In this document: piece after piece, positions 24,996 to 36,145 of the stretch | Position numbering within the stretch: position 1 is the first letter of the stretch | How the letters are laid out: each line of letters starts with the position of its first letter | NCBI RefSeq assembly: GCF_000143415.4 | Contig: NW_003314268.1 | Coordinates: 804,011 to 868,010, forward strand | DNA from: Selaginella moellendorffii | Lineage: Eukaryota; Plantae; Lycopodiophyta | Reading direction: 5' to 3' | DNA: 64,000 nt | The notes under the pieces: generated by a model | What the model saw: the letters and a program-made list of their open reading frames with translations, nothing else | What the model was told of the DNA's origin: nothing | Database searches by the model: none | Program-made: the position numbers and the translations under genes

Positions 24996-25893
24996 GAAGC
25001 AAAATGCAAAACCTAACCTCACACGCGCGAAATGTCACGACGGTTGGTAATCCCGCCACGTCATCATTTCTCGGACTTGGGCGCCACCATTAATTTCTGG
25101 ATCGGCGCGCGCATGCGTGAAATCCAAAAGAAATCCGCAACGTCATCATTCCTCAGACTGCATGCACGCGAAATCCAAAAGAAAGATCATGATTGGGATA
25201 TCATTTAATACCCTCGCTATATTTATACCATGCATGATTGGATATTCCAAAGCATCTTGTATTTCCAAAAATGCCAGATGTTCAGCTAAATAAATTGTCA
25301 GAGGATTTGATGTGACGTTCAAGCATGTGGGCTCATGCAATTTTGATCCCAAAAAATGCACCAAAAAATGCTCGGCGTCATCTGGCGTTATCTCTTGAAT
25401 GGCGTGGGGCCGCATGCCATTTTCAAGAGCACATAGGAGTATATTCCTAGAATATTCTGACATGCGCGAGATTGTTTTGAGTTTCCTGGAGATCCAACCG
25501 TTAGATTGCAACTAGATTTTACAGAATGGTATACAATGTCCTTCTTGATGACCCTGCAAAGAAGCATCTCGATCGGACACCACATGAGACCACACGAGCC
25601 TTACAATGTTTCAGGGGCATTTGCCATAGATCCGACCGTTATTTTGCTCCAAGATTCTACAGTTTGGTGTGCATTGACCTTTCCATTGACACTACAAAGG
25701 GACATCACAATCAGATGCGGGATCACAAGAAACCAACTTCACTAACTCTGGTTTCACCAAGATCTACGTAAGGAGTTATGAAATGAAAGGACCCTCTCTA
25801 TTGAAATGTGTTTATGGTCCTAAGGGCATTGTGACATATCCAAGGATTTTTCATCAAGTTCTGTATTTGCATGTTTATCAAGCTACTGAATTG

Positions 25894-25926
25894 CTAAACC
25901 CTAAACCCTAAACCCTAACCCTAAAC
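25894..25926. promoter_or_regulatory. Short plant telomere-type repeat (CCCTAAA)n, telo-box cluster
   Basis: ctaaaccctaaaccctaaaccctaaccctaaac lies between the divergent genes. Regulatory role is inferred. Confidence 0.6.
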
Positions 25927-26734
25927 ATGTGGCAAATGCTGCGTGAAGAAAGATGCCCTTTCTGGGCAAATGCTGTAAGAGGCAGATGCCGAGCAGATGT
26001 ATCTCAGGCTAGCGAAGGGGACAAACGAAAGCTAGCTATAAACATGACGGGATGCAAATAGATTACTAGGCTGGTCCTGCGAAAATCAAAAACCATAATT
26101 GAAAACATTGAAAATGCAAAAAGAAAGGTTTATAATATTTTTGAATTTTAAGCAACCAAAGGAATGTAAGTAGGGCATGTGTTTGTAAGTTTAAAAATGC
26201 CTCAGCCATATAAATTCCCAAGTAAATAAAGCTGTTTCTATTTTTGGTACAGGTAAACTTTATAGCGTGTGGGCTCATGCAATTTTGAACCCAAAAATGC
26301 ACCAAAAGATGCTCGACTAGCATTATTCTTTGAATGGCATGTGGCATTATATTGCCATAAATGGACGTACACACACAGCATAATTATTCCTTTACACGGC
26401 GAATAATCTTGGCGCGGATCGCTGACATGGCATGGCAAAGTTCGAATCACTGACATGGCACAGCTGGATCGAGGCAAGGACATGATGTGACAAAGTTCAA
26501 CCTCCGACAGCAAAGTCTAGAAGCTACTCAGTTTGAAATTTGTCAGAGGAATCATAAGATCTGGTTTGTCAGAGGATTTGATGTGACGTTCAAGCGTGTG
26601 TTATTTTTGAATTCTCGAACTCATTCCTAGGTCTATCATTTTTGTGCGCCGTGTTCTTGGTTCCGCTGAGCGCAGTGAGCGCTGCTTGTGTAAGCGGCGT
26701 TGTGAGCTGTGGTTTATGCATCTACAAGCGGTTG

Positions 26735-26856
26735 CGGCATTGCGAGCGCCATTGCGAGCGGCAGTTTATGCGAGTGGCAGTTTGTGCGAGCGGCGCTACG
26801 AGCAGTTGCGGTGTTGCGAGCGGCGCTACGAGTAGTTGCGGTGTTGCGAGCGGCAC
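26735..26856. repeat. CpG-rich ~30-bp tandem repeat (TTGCGAGCGGCGCTACGAGYAGTTGCGGTG) upstream of the transposase
   Basis: Direct inspection. Confidence 0.85.
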
Positions 26857-27220
26857 TGTCTTTGGTGTGGCTACCGCTTCCTCTTGATATTCGGCACTTG
26901 TGCTTCCTGGTATGTTCACCATGGAATGGTTTAGGACCACATTTAGAAATGGCATGAGGCCACATGCCATCTTGGGCCCTTGCAATTTCATGGCTAGCGT
27001 ATTGTCATGTATGTTTTTACTTGCCTGCAGCTGTGTGTATATCAAGATGGCATGAGGGCTCATGCCAATTTTGTGAATGCGAAATTTCATGTGGGTGTCA
27101 ATAGCATGTTTGAATAATGGCATGTGGCCTCATGCTATTGAGGTTGTTTGGTATGTTATGATTTAGGCCATTCTCCAATCATTTTTTGTATGGTTTTAAC
27201 TTCTTTTCTGCACTTTCAGA

Positions 27221-30200
27221 ATGGCCTTCAGGGTTGGGGAAAAGGTTTACATTTTGAATGGTGGGAAGAGAGTTGCAAAAGGGACCCTTGTGTCTATGGA
27301 TCGGAACTTTGTTATACACTGTCAAAGGCTTGGGGAAGGCAATGCTGCTGTATCAGTAGAGACTGTCTTCGATGGGAATGTGGTCGCTATTGAACGAGGA
27401 GAGATGGTCGTCGGGGTAAATGTTGTTGTTGCCTTGAAAAATCTTCAGAAGAAAGCAGATGTTGGGGACAGCGCAAGTGCGACGCATGTTCCCTCCGTGG
27501 ATCTTAAGAACCGTGCTACATGGATTCAGGCAAAGGTGTTTCTAAACAACCCCGAGGGGGAGGTGGTAGCTGAGGGCTTAGCCACAGTTGTCGATCCAAG
27601 AGATGCGGTTGCTAATCAAGAATTGGGCTGGGATGATATTGGAGTTGCAATTTTAGAGGTTGTTGACACAGAAGAAAACAGTCTGACTATTGGAAGCATT
27701 GTGCGGTGGAAATTGAGGCATTTAGTGTTTGAGAATGTGAAGGATTCACAATCAAACACCACTACAACTGATGACAGAACATCTCTTCATGGGAAAAGAA
27801 AGTACACCTTCCTACAGCGCAGCCAAAGGGATCTGAGCAACGAACCGAAAAGGCAGAAAATGGCGATGGAGGTTCGAATGGTCTCGACAGTTGCTTGTTG
27901 CAAGAGGAGGTGCTGTCAACATGCTGATTGGGATGCTATTGAAGAGGAGAGAGCAAGATACAAGACATTGTCCTGGAAGGCAGCTCGCAATTTTGTGTAT
28001 GAGGCATTACGGTCATCTGTTGATGCTTCAGAACATCAGGTGGGGGGCATGGTCTTCCAGAGGGGTTTGGTCTGCATGAAGGCATGGAGAATCATTTATG
28101 GAGTCCCTCGAACCACATTCTACAGAATCAAAACTGAGTTCGAGGAACAAAGGGTTCAACAGGCAGTCCATGGGAACGACGGTACGCACAAAACCAGGGG
28201 TCATGTTGTATATGGAGAGGCAATCTTCAAGAGGTTTGTCGAGACATGTAGCGAGCAGCAACCACATAAAACCCGCCTCTTGGAAGATGGAACACGAGAC
28301 ACCCAACGAGTTCTCCCTTCCATGTATACCAAGGGGGCCATATTGGAAGATGTGAATCGGGAACTCCAGAGTAATGGCTACAGGAAGCTGAGCCAGTCTA
28401 GATTTAGTAGATTGTGGAGCAACAGGTTCAGGGATGTGAGTATAGGAAAGTACTCCAGCTTTTCAAAGTGTGACGAGTGCACTGCTATCAAAATGGCTTT
28501 GTCGAAGAATTCTTGCAGCGCTCAAGAGCGAGAGACGTTGGTTAGAAGGCGGCTCGACCACAACATCGAGCAGAGAAGCTGCAGGACTGCATATTATCAT
28601 AACAGGATTCTCTCCATGGAGAGACCTGACTCTTACCTCTGCATCATCCACGACAAAATGGATCAGAAAAAGACGTGCTTACCTCGACTCAATCCTGCCC
28701 CCAAGGCAATCTCTTCATCCATGCAGCTGCCTGTGTCTCTGTTTGGCATAATCGCTCATGGGCATGGTGCCCAGAACTATGGGAACTTCTTTGTGCCTCT
28801 ATGGGGTGGCGGGGGTGCAAACATGATGATTGCGTCCTTAGCAAAACACTTAAGGTCTCTGCAAAGTGCGCAGACTGAGCTGAACGGCCAACCCTTGCAT
28901 AAGGCCCTTGTCGATCGAACCCCATACAGGGTTCAGCTGGAGGAGGAGCAAAGGCTTGCAGTATCGCGTGGGGACCCATGCCATCCTAGTGAATATGTTG
29001 GCCGTCAGATTGTAGGGTTATCACGTGAGGCCTCATGCCATTACGACGAGGCTGGTCGCCCGGTGAATGCACAGCCTCATCCAAACGAAGCAGAATCTCA
29101 AGGAAGTTCTTGCGGCCGATGTGGCCTTCCACCCCATCTTCTGCTCCAAACAGACAATGCTGGCAGTGAGAACAAAAACATGTACGTCTTCGCGTACTTG
29201 GCGATGCTTGTTGCCAAAGGCATATTTGAAACGGTTACACTTGGCTTTCTCATGGTTGGGCACACTCATGAAGACGTCGATGCCATGTTCAGTCACCTGG
29301 CAGAGTCCCTCCGGCGATCCAATGTCCTCACCCTCCCACAACTCTACGATGAATTCCAAAATTGCATCAAAGGCACTGTTGAAGCTGCACTTGTGACAGA
29401 GGTTCCAGACTTTAAGGGGTTTGTAAGAGGCTACATCAGGGACGGATCCGAAACGCTGATTGGCCACTCCAAGCCTCTTCAGTTTCATTTCAGCATGCGT
29501 GACGGTGCTCCAGTGATGAGGTACAAGATGAGAGAATGGGACACAGTGTGGCTGCCAGTGGATGGCATTGAACTCTTCAAGAGAGATCCCATAATTGGGG
29601 AACCTATGATTCCTCAGGGTTCCCCACGGCCGATGCACCCGGATGGACTCAAAGACCAGGAAAGTATAGTGGCCGGGATTAGACAGCATATTGCCTTCTG
29701 GAAGAGGGGGTTGGTGTTTGGTGGAGAATCCTATTTTAAGAGGTGCAAGCCTTTGCTCGAATACTGGGAGAAGATTATATCTGCTATCCAAAATGGGCCG
29801 GTTGTATATGAAGAATTGGAAGAGTCCTTTTGGCCAGAACCCAGAGCACCAGATAGTAGCGGAACAATGTCCTCTGGAAATGCAGTGACAGATAACGATG
29901 TTGAGGATCACTATTGTGGGCCGAGGAACAAGAAGCCGGATTCAGCATTCAATCCAGTACAGGTCTGCAAAGGAATGGTCGTGCTTGTCAGACCCAGTAA
30001 TAAAAAACAAATGATATGGGTGGGGCGCTGCATCACTGATGCAGAGGAGGACGCGGAAACTAACTCCTTCAATGTAACTGTGGAGTGGTTCAAGCCAAGT
30101 TCCGGATATACGAAGGATTGCCTAGAAAAGAGATGGGTGCTGAATCCAAGGGATCCCAGCATGAGCATATCGGTGGATAATGTTGTGCATGGTTGGATGC

Positions 30201-30362
30201 GGAAGCAGAGTGCCACCATCACCTTGCCAGACCATGCAAGAGATGCAGCAAGAGCATTCATAACCCGGGTTCAAGGTGAGATTCATTAATATTCCTTTAC
30301 TAAGTTTCTAATGTATTTTATTTCAAGGTGAACAATCCGAATCTGAATCAGAGGAGGCGTGA
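27221..30362 (+). CDS. Sola-type DDD transposase, intact
   Basis: 1022-aa ORF with CCKRRCC, VCMKAW and FSKCDEC...H motifs. Candidate triad IIHDKMD / QTDNAGSENKN / FLMVGHTHEDVDAMFS. A probable phase-1 intron at 30276-30327 adds the exon GEQSESESEEA* ending at 30362. Confidence 0.85.
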
Positions 30363-30996
30363 TGGCATGGCGTGATGGTGTGAGGCGTGACACCAAAAAG
30401 GAGGTGTCCACTAGCGCTTAGGTTTATAATGGCGTGTGCCCTCAGGCCTTTTACTAAATCACCTTTGAAAGAAATGCAAGCCTCTATGTCGTAAAAAAAA
30501 GGTACTAGAGAAATTCCTTAATAATATGAATGTTATTTAGTTTCATGAAAATACACTAAGGGTCAAATGAGTTAAATGACTTCTCCAGACTAGCAATGCC
30601 TCTTGCTACACCTTCACAATTAGATTCGTTAGAAAAAGATAACATTGAATAATATCTAAATGTTCTCACCATTAAGTTATATGTCTGGCTAATAGGAATG
30701 ACGTTCATCTTGGAAAGCTCACCACACGCTCAATGAACAAACAAATAGTGTGTGCGCGCATGCCATCGCTCTTCTTTAGCTTCAGATTCGGCTTGTTCAC
30801 CTTGACAATGAGATTTTTTATACAACCAGATGGACTCAGTCTGGACACAAAGTCACCGCGCTAGTCACCATGCCCCAGATATGTCTAGCCCCTGGACAAA
30901 AAACATATAATTTCACGTCATTTTCAAATACTTGAAAATTTGTACCTAGTCCCATTTTACTGAATAAATCCCACTTTAACGAAATAGAGCTTCTAT

Positions 30997-33205
30997 ACGC
31001 GAAGCTTGAGAAATGTTCCTTTGATCAGCAATCTGTGGAGTTCCTTGGGTACATTGTCACTCCTGACGGTATCACGATGGATCCTGCCAAAGTCAAGACT
31101 ATTCTCGAATGGGAGCCTCCACAATTAATGTCGGACGTTCAGGTTTTCCTTGGCTTCGCCAACTTCTACCGCAAATTCATTGATCACTACTCTGACATTG
31201 TCCTTCCTCTCACATATCTCACTCGCAAGGATGTTCCCTTCTCTTGGTCTGCTGCTGCCCAGCAGGCCTTCGACACACTCAAGGCGGCCTTCAGTTTTGC
31301 TCCTGTCTTGATCCATGCTGATTCCTCATAACCTTTCTTCATTGAGGCTGACGCCTCTGACTTTGCCATTGGTGCTGTGCTGTCTCAACTCGGAGCGGAT
31401 CACGAACTTCATCCGGTCGCTTTCCATTCTCAGAAATTCCAGCCTGCGGAGATCAACTACGAAATCCACGACAAGGAGCTCCTTGCCATCGTGGATTCCT
31501 TTGGAGAGTGGCGCCGTTTCTTGGAGGGGGTGAGCCATCAAACAACAGTCTGGACGGATCACAAAAATCTCGAGTACTTTGCCACTTCCCGAGTTTTAAG
31601 CCGTCGTCAAGCAAGGTGGGCACAATTCCTAAGTCGGTTTGACTTTGTTATCAAGTACAGACCTGGAAAGTTTCAAGGCCTTTCTAATGCTCTTTCAAGG
31701 CGCTCCTATCTCAGTCTTAGGCCTGGTTATCCTGCCTTCGATCAACAGGATCAAGTTATCCTCGATCCTAATCGGCTTCAAGTTATGGCAATTTCCCTGG
31801 CCCCTCAGGACTCCTCCTTGATGGATGCAATCAGAAACGATCTTCAATCCAATGATCTCGCTAGCGAGATTTTCCTCCATCTTCAGGCTAGACACCCAGT
31901 GACTCCCGACTGCCGGCGATTTGACGAGTTTGAGTTCTTAGATGGTTTATTGTACCGTGGGGAGCAACTTTACGTTCCTGAAGGTGATGCTCGAAGGTTG
32001 GTCCTGATGGCGTGCCACAATAGCCCGACTACTGGTCACTTCGGCATTGCGATAACCTATGAGCTAGTTGCATGGGACTTTTGGTGGCCTCACATGGACG
32101 ACTACATCAAAGCTTTTGTTACCTCTTGTGACACTTGTGCCCAGAATAAGGTACCTCGCCACCTTCCTTCAAGTTTGCTTCGTTCCCTTCCGGTCCCTTC
32201 AGGTCCTTGGGAATCCATCTCCATGGATTTCTTGAGTGATCTTCCGAGTTCTAGAGGCTTCAACAGCATTTTAGTCATGGTGGATCGCTTCACAAAGATG
32301 GCGCACTTCTTGCCATGTACCAAGGAGTTTTCGCACGAGGACATGGCAAAACTGGTATTCAGGGAAATTTTCTGACTTCATGGGATTCCTACAGATGTGG
32401 TTTCGGATCGGGGGCCTCAGTTCATCTCTCATTTCTGGCAATGGTTTTTGCAACTGCTTGGAGTGAAGGCCAACCTCTCTTCGGCATATCATCCTCAAAC
32501 TGATGGGCAGTCCGAGCGAACGATTCAGACGTTGGAACAATTCTTGAGGTGCTTCATCAACTATCATCAGGATAACTGATTCGATATCCTTCCTCTTGCT
32601 GAGTTCTCCTATAACAACTCTGTTCACTCCTCTCTTCGAGTTTCCCCCTTCTTTGCAAACTCTGGCCGAAATCCCTGATTCAATCTCTCACTTCCTTCTC
32701 CATCTGAATCCTCTCGTTCAAATCCCCGCTTTGAGGCATTTATCTCCAACCTCCAGGAAATCCACAACTCCATCTCCTTCCACCTCCATCGTGCTCAGGA
32801 ATCTCATAAAACATTTGCCAATGTCCATCGTCAGGATTGTCCCCCTTACAATATCGGGGATAAAGTCTGGCTCCTCAGGCGAAATATCTCCACCACCAGG
32901 CCCTGTCCAAAACTCAATTTCAAACGCCTTGATCCTTTCCCTATCACTGCCATCATTAATCCTGTCACTTATCGCCTTGCACTTCCCTCCTCATATCAAA
33001 TTCACCCCGTTTTTCACTCCTCTCTCCTTGAGCCTTATATTCTCAGTCCTATTCCAAATTGGGTCATTCCTCTACCTCCACCAGTGCAGCTCGAGGATGG
33101 GTCTGAGTACGAGGTTCAGGACATCCTTGATTCCAAGATTTCACGGTCTAAACTCTACTATCTGGTGGACTGGAACGCACTTGGGAACCTGCGGACAACC
33201 TGATT
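30997..33205 (+). pseudogene. pol: Chromovirus pol, 3' part (RT end, RNase H, integrase, chromodomain)
   Basis: EFLGYIV; ADASDFAIGAVLSQ and NYEIHDKELLAI (RNase H); [24 protein letters not shown] (integrase); EYEVQDILDSKISRSKLYYLVDW (chromodomain, partly deleted). Several stops. Confidence 0.93.
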
Positions 33206-34841
33206 CATTCTCCTGACCTTGTTCAGGACTTCCCCTGCCGCTATCCTTCTCGTCCCAGTCCTCATTCTTTTTCTCCATCTCCCATCCCTCGCCGCTCATC
33301 TCATCCTCCTCTTCGTTCTCGTTCACATCCTCGTTCCACTCGTTCTTGAGGAGGGGGTGTTGTTAGGAATCCCCCAATTCTTGCCACATTCTTGACTCTC
33401 GCCGGATTCCTGACCTGCAGACCACATTCCTGACTCTCGAGACACTTCCCTATTCCTGACTCTCGAGACACTTCCCGATTCTTGAGTCTCGAGCCACATT
33501 CCTGATGATGATGTGGCGCCTCCTCGACCTCAGCTATATTTAGGCCGTCCTCGATCCAAGAGTGGTGAAGCTTCATCAACCTATAGTATATATAGGTTAG
33601 CTTTGTTCCATTTCTCCACAATCTAAATCAATGCCAGTCTAAGGCCTCTTCTTTGTTTCCACTAGCTTTTCTCTTTGTCTTTTTGCATTTTCCAGTCTTG
33701 ATCTTGTCAGGGGTCTTGACAGTTTTGACCCTTTATCCTATAGTGATTTACCATAGGATAACACCACAAAGCAGAACCTAAATCCTTTTTGTGCCACGTG
33801 AAAGATGCCACGTGTCACATGCCACATGTCCATGCCACGTATCCATAGGAACCCGAGGTTCAGCGCCTTGGGGAAGGAACAGTGCCAAACTCCCAAGCGT
33901 GGAGCCAAAGAGTGATGGAACCGATCCACGGAGCAACTCCTGAGCATAAAGCCCAAGGAGCAAAGGGATAGAAGCCCGGAGCGACTTGGAACAGTCCTAG
34001 AGTAACCAACATTCCAATGCCAGGACTAGCACACAAAACGGAGCCAAACGGAGTCTGGCGCTATTTCGGCATACCGGTGGCCTAACTCGAGAACATGGGT
34101 ACTCCCCTAGCTGGAACTTGGGCTTAGACCCAAGCTGGATGCAGAACAAGGATAGGCACGCAAGCGGGAGCTAGACTATGCCTCAGGTTGGTCGGCCATG
34201 CCCGACCTACCCCCTATCCCTACTATACATTTGGAGCCCCCATAGCCCCCCCCCCCCCCCTTGAGGAACGCACGTTTTGGGCTTTCACCCCAAGCCTCCC
34301 TTAGTATCAGGAGTTAGTCTCTGGGACAAGCTCGAAACTTACTAAATATGGAATGTCCCTAGATTGTGAATTTGGACATAGGACAAACACCATTGTGTTC
34401 AGACCGATCTCTACATTCCGTAGATATGCCAAATGAGCAAATCTGGACACTTTCCATAAATAGCATTTGGGATCGAAATGAGACTAACACAAAGGGCATG
34501 ATAGCGAGGGTGTTTAGCAGACACGGTAAGCTATCATCTAGCGATATTGAGGGACCAATCTCAATATCACGGGGGTTCCCAAAACTAGCAAGTGCAAATC
34601 AACGAATGAGTTTCTCTAACCAGGTCAAGTATGCTTGACAAATAGCACGTAGGAATTCCATCCTTATGCCCATCTGGTCAAGTGCACACACAAAGACCAG
34701 TTTCTTAACTAGCTTAGGCGGAGACTGATAATAGGTCCAGCAATACCGACCTCCTACCATCGTGGCAGTAAGGTAAGAGTGTCCGTAAGGACTAGTTGAC
34801 AAGTAACTTTCGATACCCAAAGTCACATTCGCGACAACAAC

Positions 34842-36140
34842 TATGGATGGAAAGGGATTAGATAGAGACTGAAAAAGGGATATTAAAAAAAGGGTGTTTT
34901 CTATGTTTTTAGGCATCCTAAAGATGCTAAAATGTGGTCATAAGATGACCACTCATGGACAGATTGCCCAATCTTTGGGAGACAACATTGTGGTATAGGT
35001 GGTCCTAGGCTACCAATTAAATAAAGATGAATGGATATAGCCTTAGTATAATAGGATGATATGTTATTGGTATCTTTAGGTGTTTATCGTGGGATTAGAC
35101 ATTTGGAGCATTTGGACCAAGTGCAAAAGTTGAGTGGCATACAAGTCATTCATGAGGCTAGTAAGTCCTTAAAATGGGAATAAAATTTATAAAAATGGTG
35201 AGTGAAACTCCTCCAAATGGTCAAATGTGTGGTTAAGTGATTTAGTTGCTTACATAAGAAGGATGTTCTAAATATTACTTTCTATAACCCATTTAATTTA
35301 TATGAATTTTTTATGATGCTGTATAGATTGAATAATTCTTTGGAGACTTTTTGGATGATATTCTTTACAATATGTTAAAGGTGACTATTAATTTCATTGA
35401 TAATGTCTTGATCCACTTTAAGGGGACATAGGAGGAACACACTTGTGATGTTTGTAAAACATTGGGATCAGCTATAGGAAGTTAATTTGACATTAATACG
35501 GTTAAAATGCATATATCTTGAGTATTATATTTTTCATGGAAATTTACAAATTGATTCTGACATACTTGTGGATGTTATGAAGTTTTCTACTCCAAAGTGC
35601 GTGAACAACATGCAACACTTTCTTGGCAAGGTGCAATATCTTTTTCATGTTATTGTCTTTTTTTATCATTGCAAGCATTAATGAAGTTGTTCATATTATT
35701 TTTCATCTAATTTGGGATTGTGAACAGGCATTCGTAGATCTCAAAGATGTGTTGACAATTTTTCTAGTTTTTGAGTATTTTAACTACACTCAACCTTTTG
35801 TAAATGCTTTTGATATTATCTCAAAGGTGTGTTGTTGCTAAAGAGCATGATTGTATTTGGCAAATATAATTCTATTGTGTATATTAGCCATATGTTGCAA
35901 CTAATGGAGGTGAACTACTCCATGATAACAAAAGTTTCAAAAAGATTTATGCGTATTTACATAGTTTTTAGACATTGCTAAAAAATGATTATGTTGCAGT
36001 CTTTTCATTATTAAAGTGGAAGAATTTTGCTAGTGTAGTGCATGTGATCATGGGATGAAATTTGGATATATTGTTATTGTGGATTTTTGGAACTTTCAAG
36101 AATAAATAAGGATAAAATAGCCACTAAGGGTTCTCTCATC
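34842..36140 (+). pseudogene. Highly degenerate Gypsy RT/RNase H remnant
   Basis: Eroded traces of TPFGLYEF.VMPFGL.N (~35285-35340), FLGKVQY and WDCEQAF.DLK. Integrase-like HPQ.N..VE trace at ~45283-45310, beyond the later insertions. Confidence 0.55.
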
Positions 36141-36145
36141 CTTTT

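Larger units (their letters stand above)
20059..30766. repeat. Dispersed 22-bp palindrome, consensus ATGGCRTGWGGCCWCAYGCCAT, about 20 copies
   Basis: Copies start at 20059, 20134 (perfect palindrome), 21351, 21542, 21683, 23182, 24459, 24519, 24596, 25320, 25399, 26262, 26949, 27047, 27117, 28963, 29020, 30429 and 30745. Weaker copies near 25579, 26334 and 30375. Confidence 0.9.
18596..30992 (+). mobile_element. 12,397-bp TIR DNA transposon, Sola-superfamily-like, with a large cargo gene
   Basis: Perfect 24-bp TIRs AAGCTCTATTTCGTTAAAGTGGGA at 18596-18619 and 30969-30992. 4-bp TSD CTAT at 18592-18595 and 30993-30996. Precise removal restores RT codons GGC CTA TAC GCG. Encodes a DDD transposase. 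Confidence 0.92.
15810..33721 (+). mobile_element. Ty3/Gypsy chromovirus (Tf1/Tcn1-like), full length but mutated
   Basis: 361-bp LTRs at 15810-16170 and 33361-33721 (about 7 transition differences by eye). TSD GTTTT at 15805-15809 and 33722-33726. PPT GAGGAGGGGG before the 3' LTR. Domain order gag-PR-RT-RH-IN-chromodomain. Confidence 0.95.
9700..34836 (-). mobile_element. Complete non-autonomous LTR retrotransposon (LTR-A), interrupted by a chromovirus
   Basis: TG...CA ends. TSD ACAAC at 9695-9699 and 34837-34841. 3' LTR 9700-10816 with PPT at 10817-10829. PBS TGGTATCAGAGG (iMet-type) at 15778-15789. 5' LTR split into 15792-15809 and 33727-34836. The ~5-kb internal region has no long ORF. 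Confidence 0.93.

Noticed and set aside
25894-25926. Chromosome end or healed break
   Set aside because: Only about four units, inside an element with intact TIRs.
29033-29911. 292-aa antisense ORF within the transposase
   Set aside because: No motifs; fully overlaps the conserved catalytic region, so most likely a shadow ORF.
20059-30766. CRISPR-like array from the 22-bp palindromes
   Set aside because: Spacing is irregular (57 bp to ~2 kb), copies lie in introns and exons, there are no cas genes and the context is eukaryotic.
18596-30992. CACTA, piggyBac, hAT or MULE classification
   Set aside because: No CACTA ends, and the TSD is 4-bp CTAT rather than 3 bp, TTAA, 8 bp or 9-11 bp. The catalytic motifs are Sola-like.
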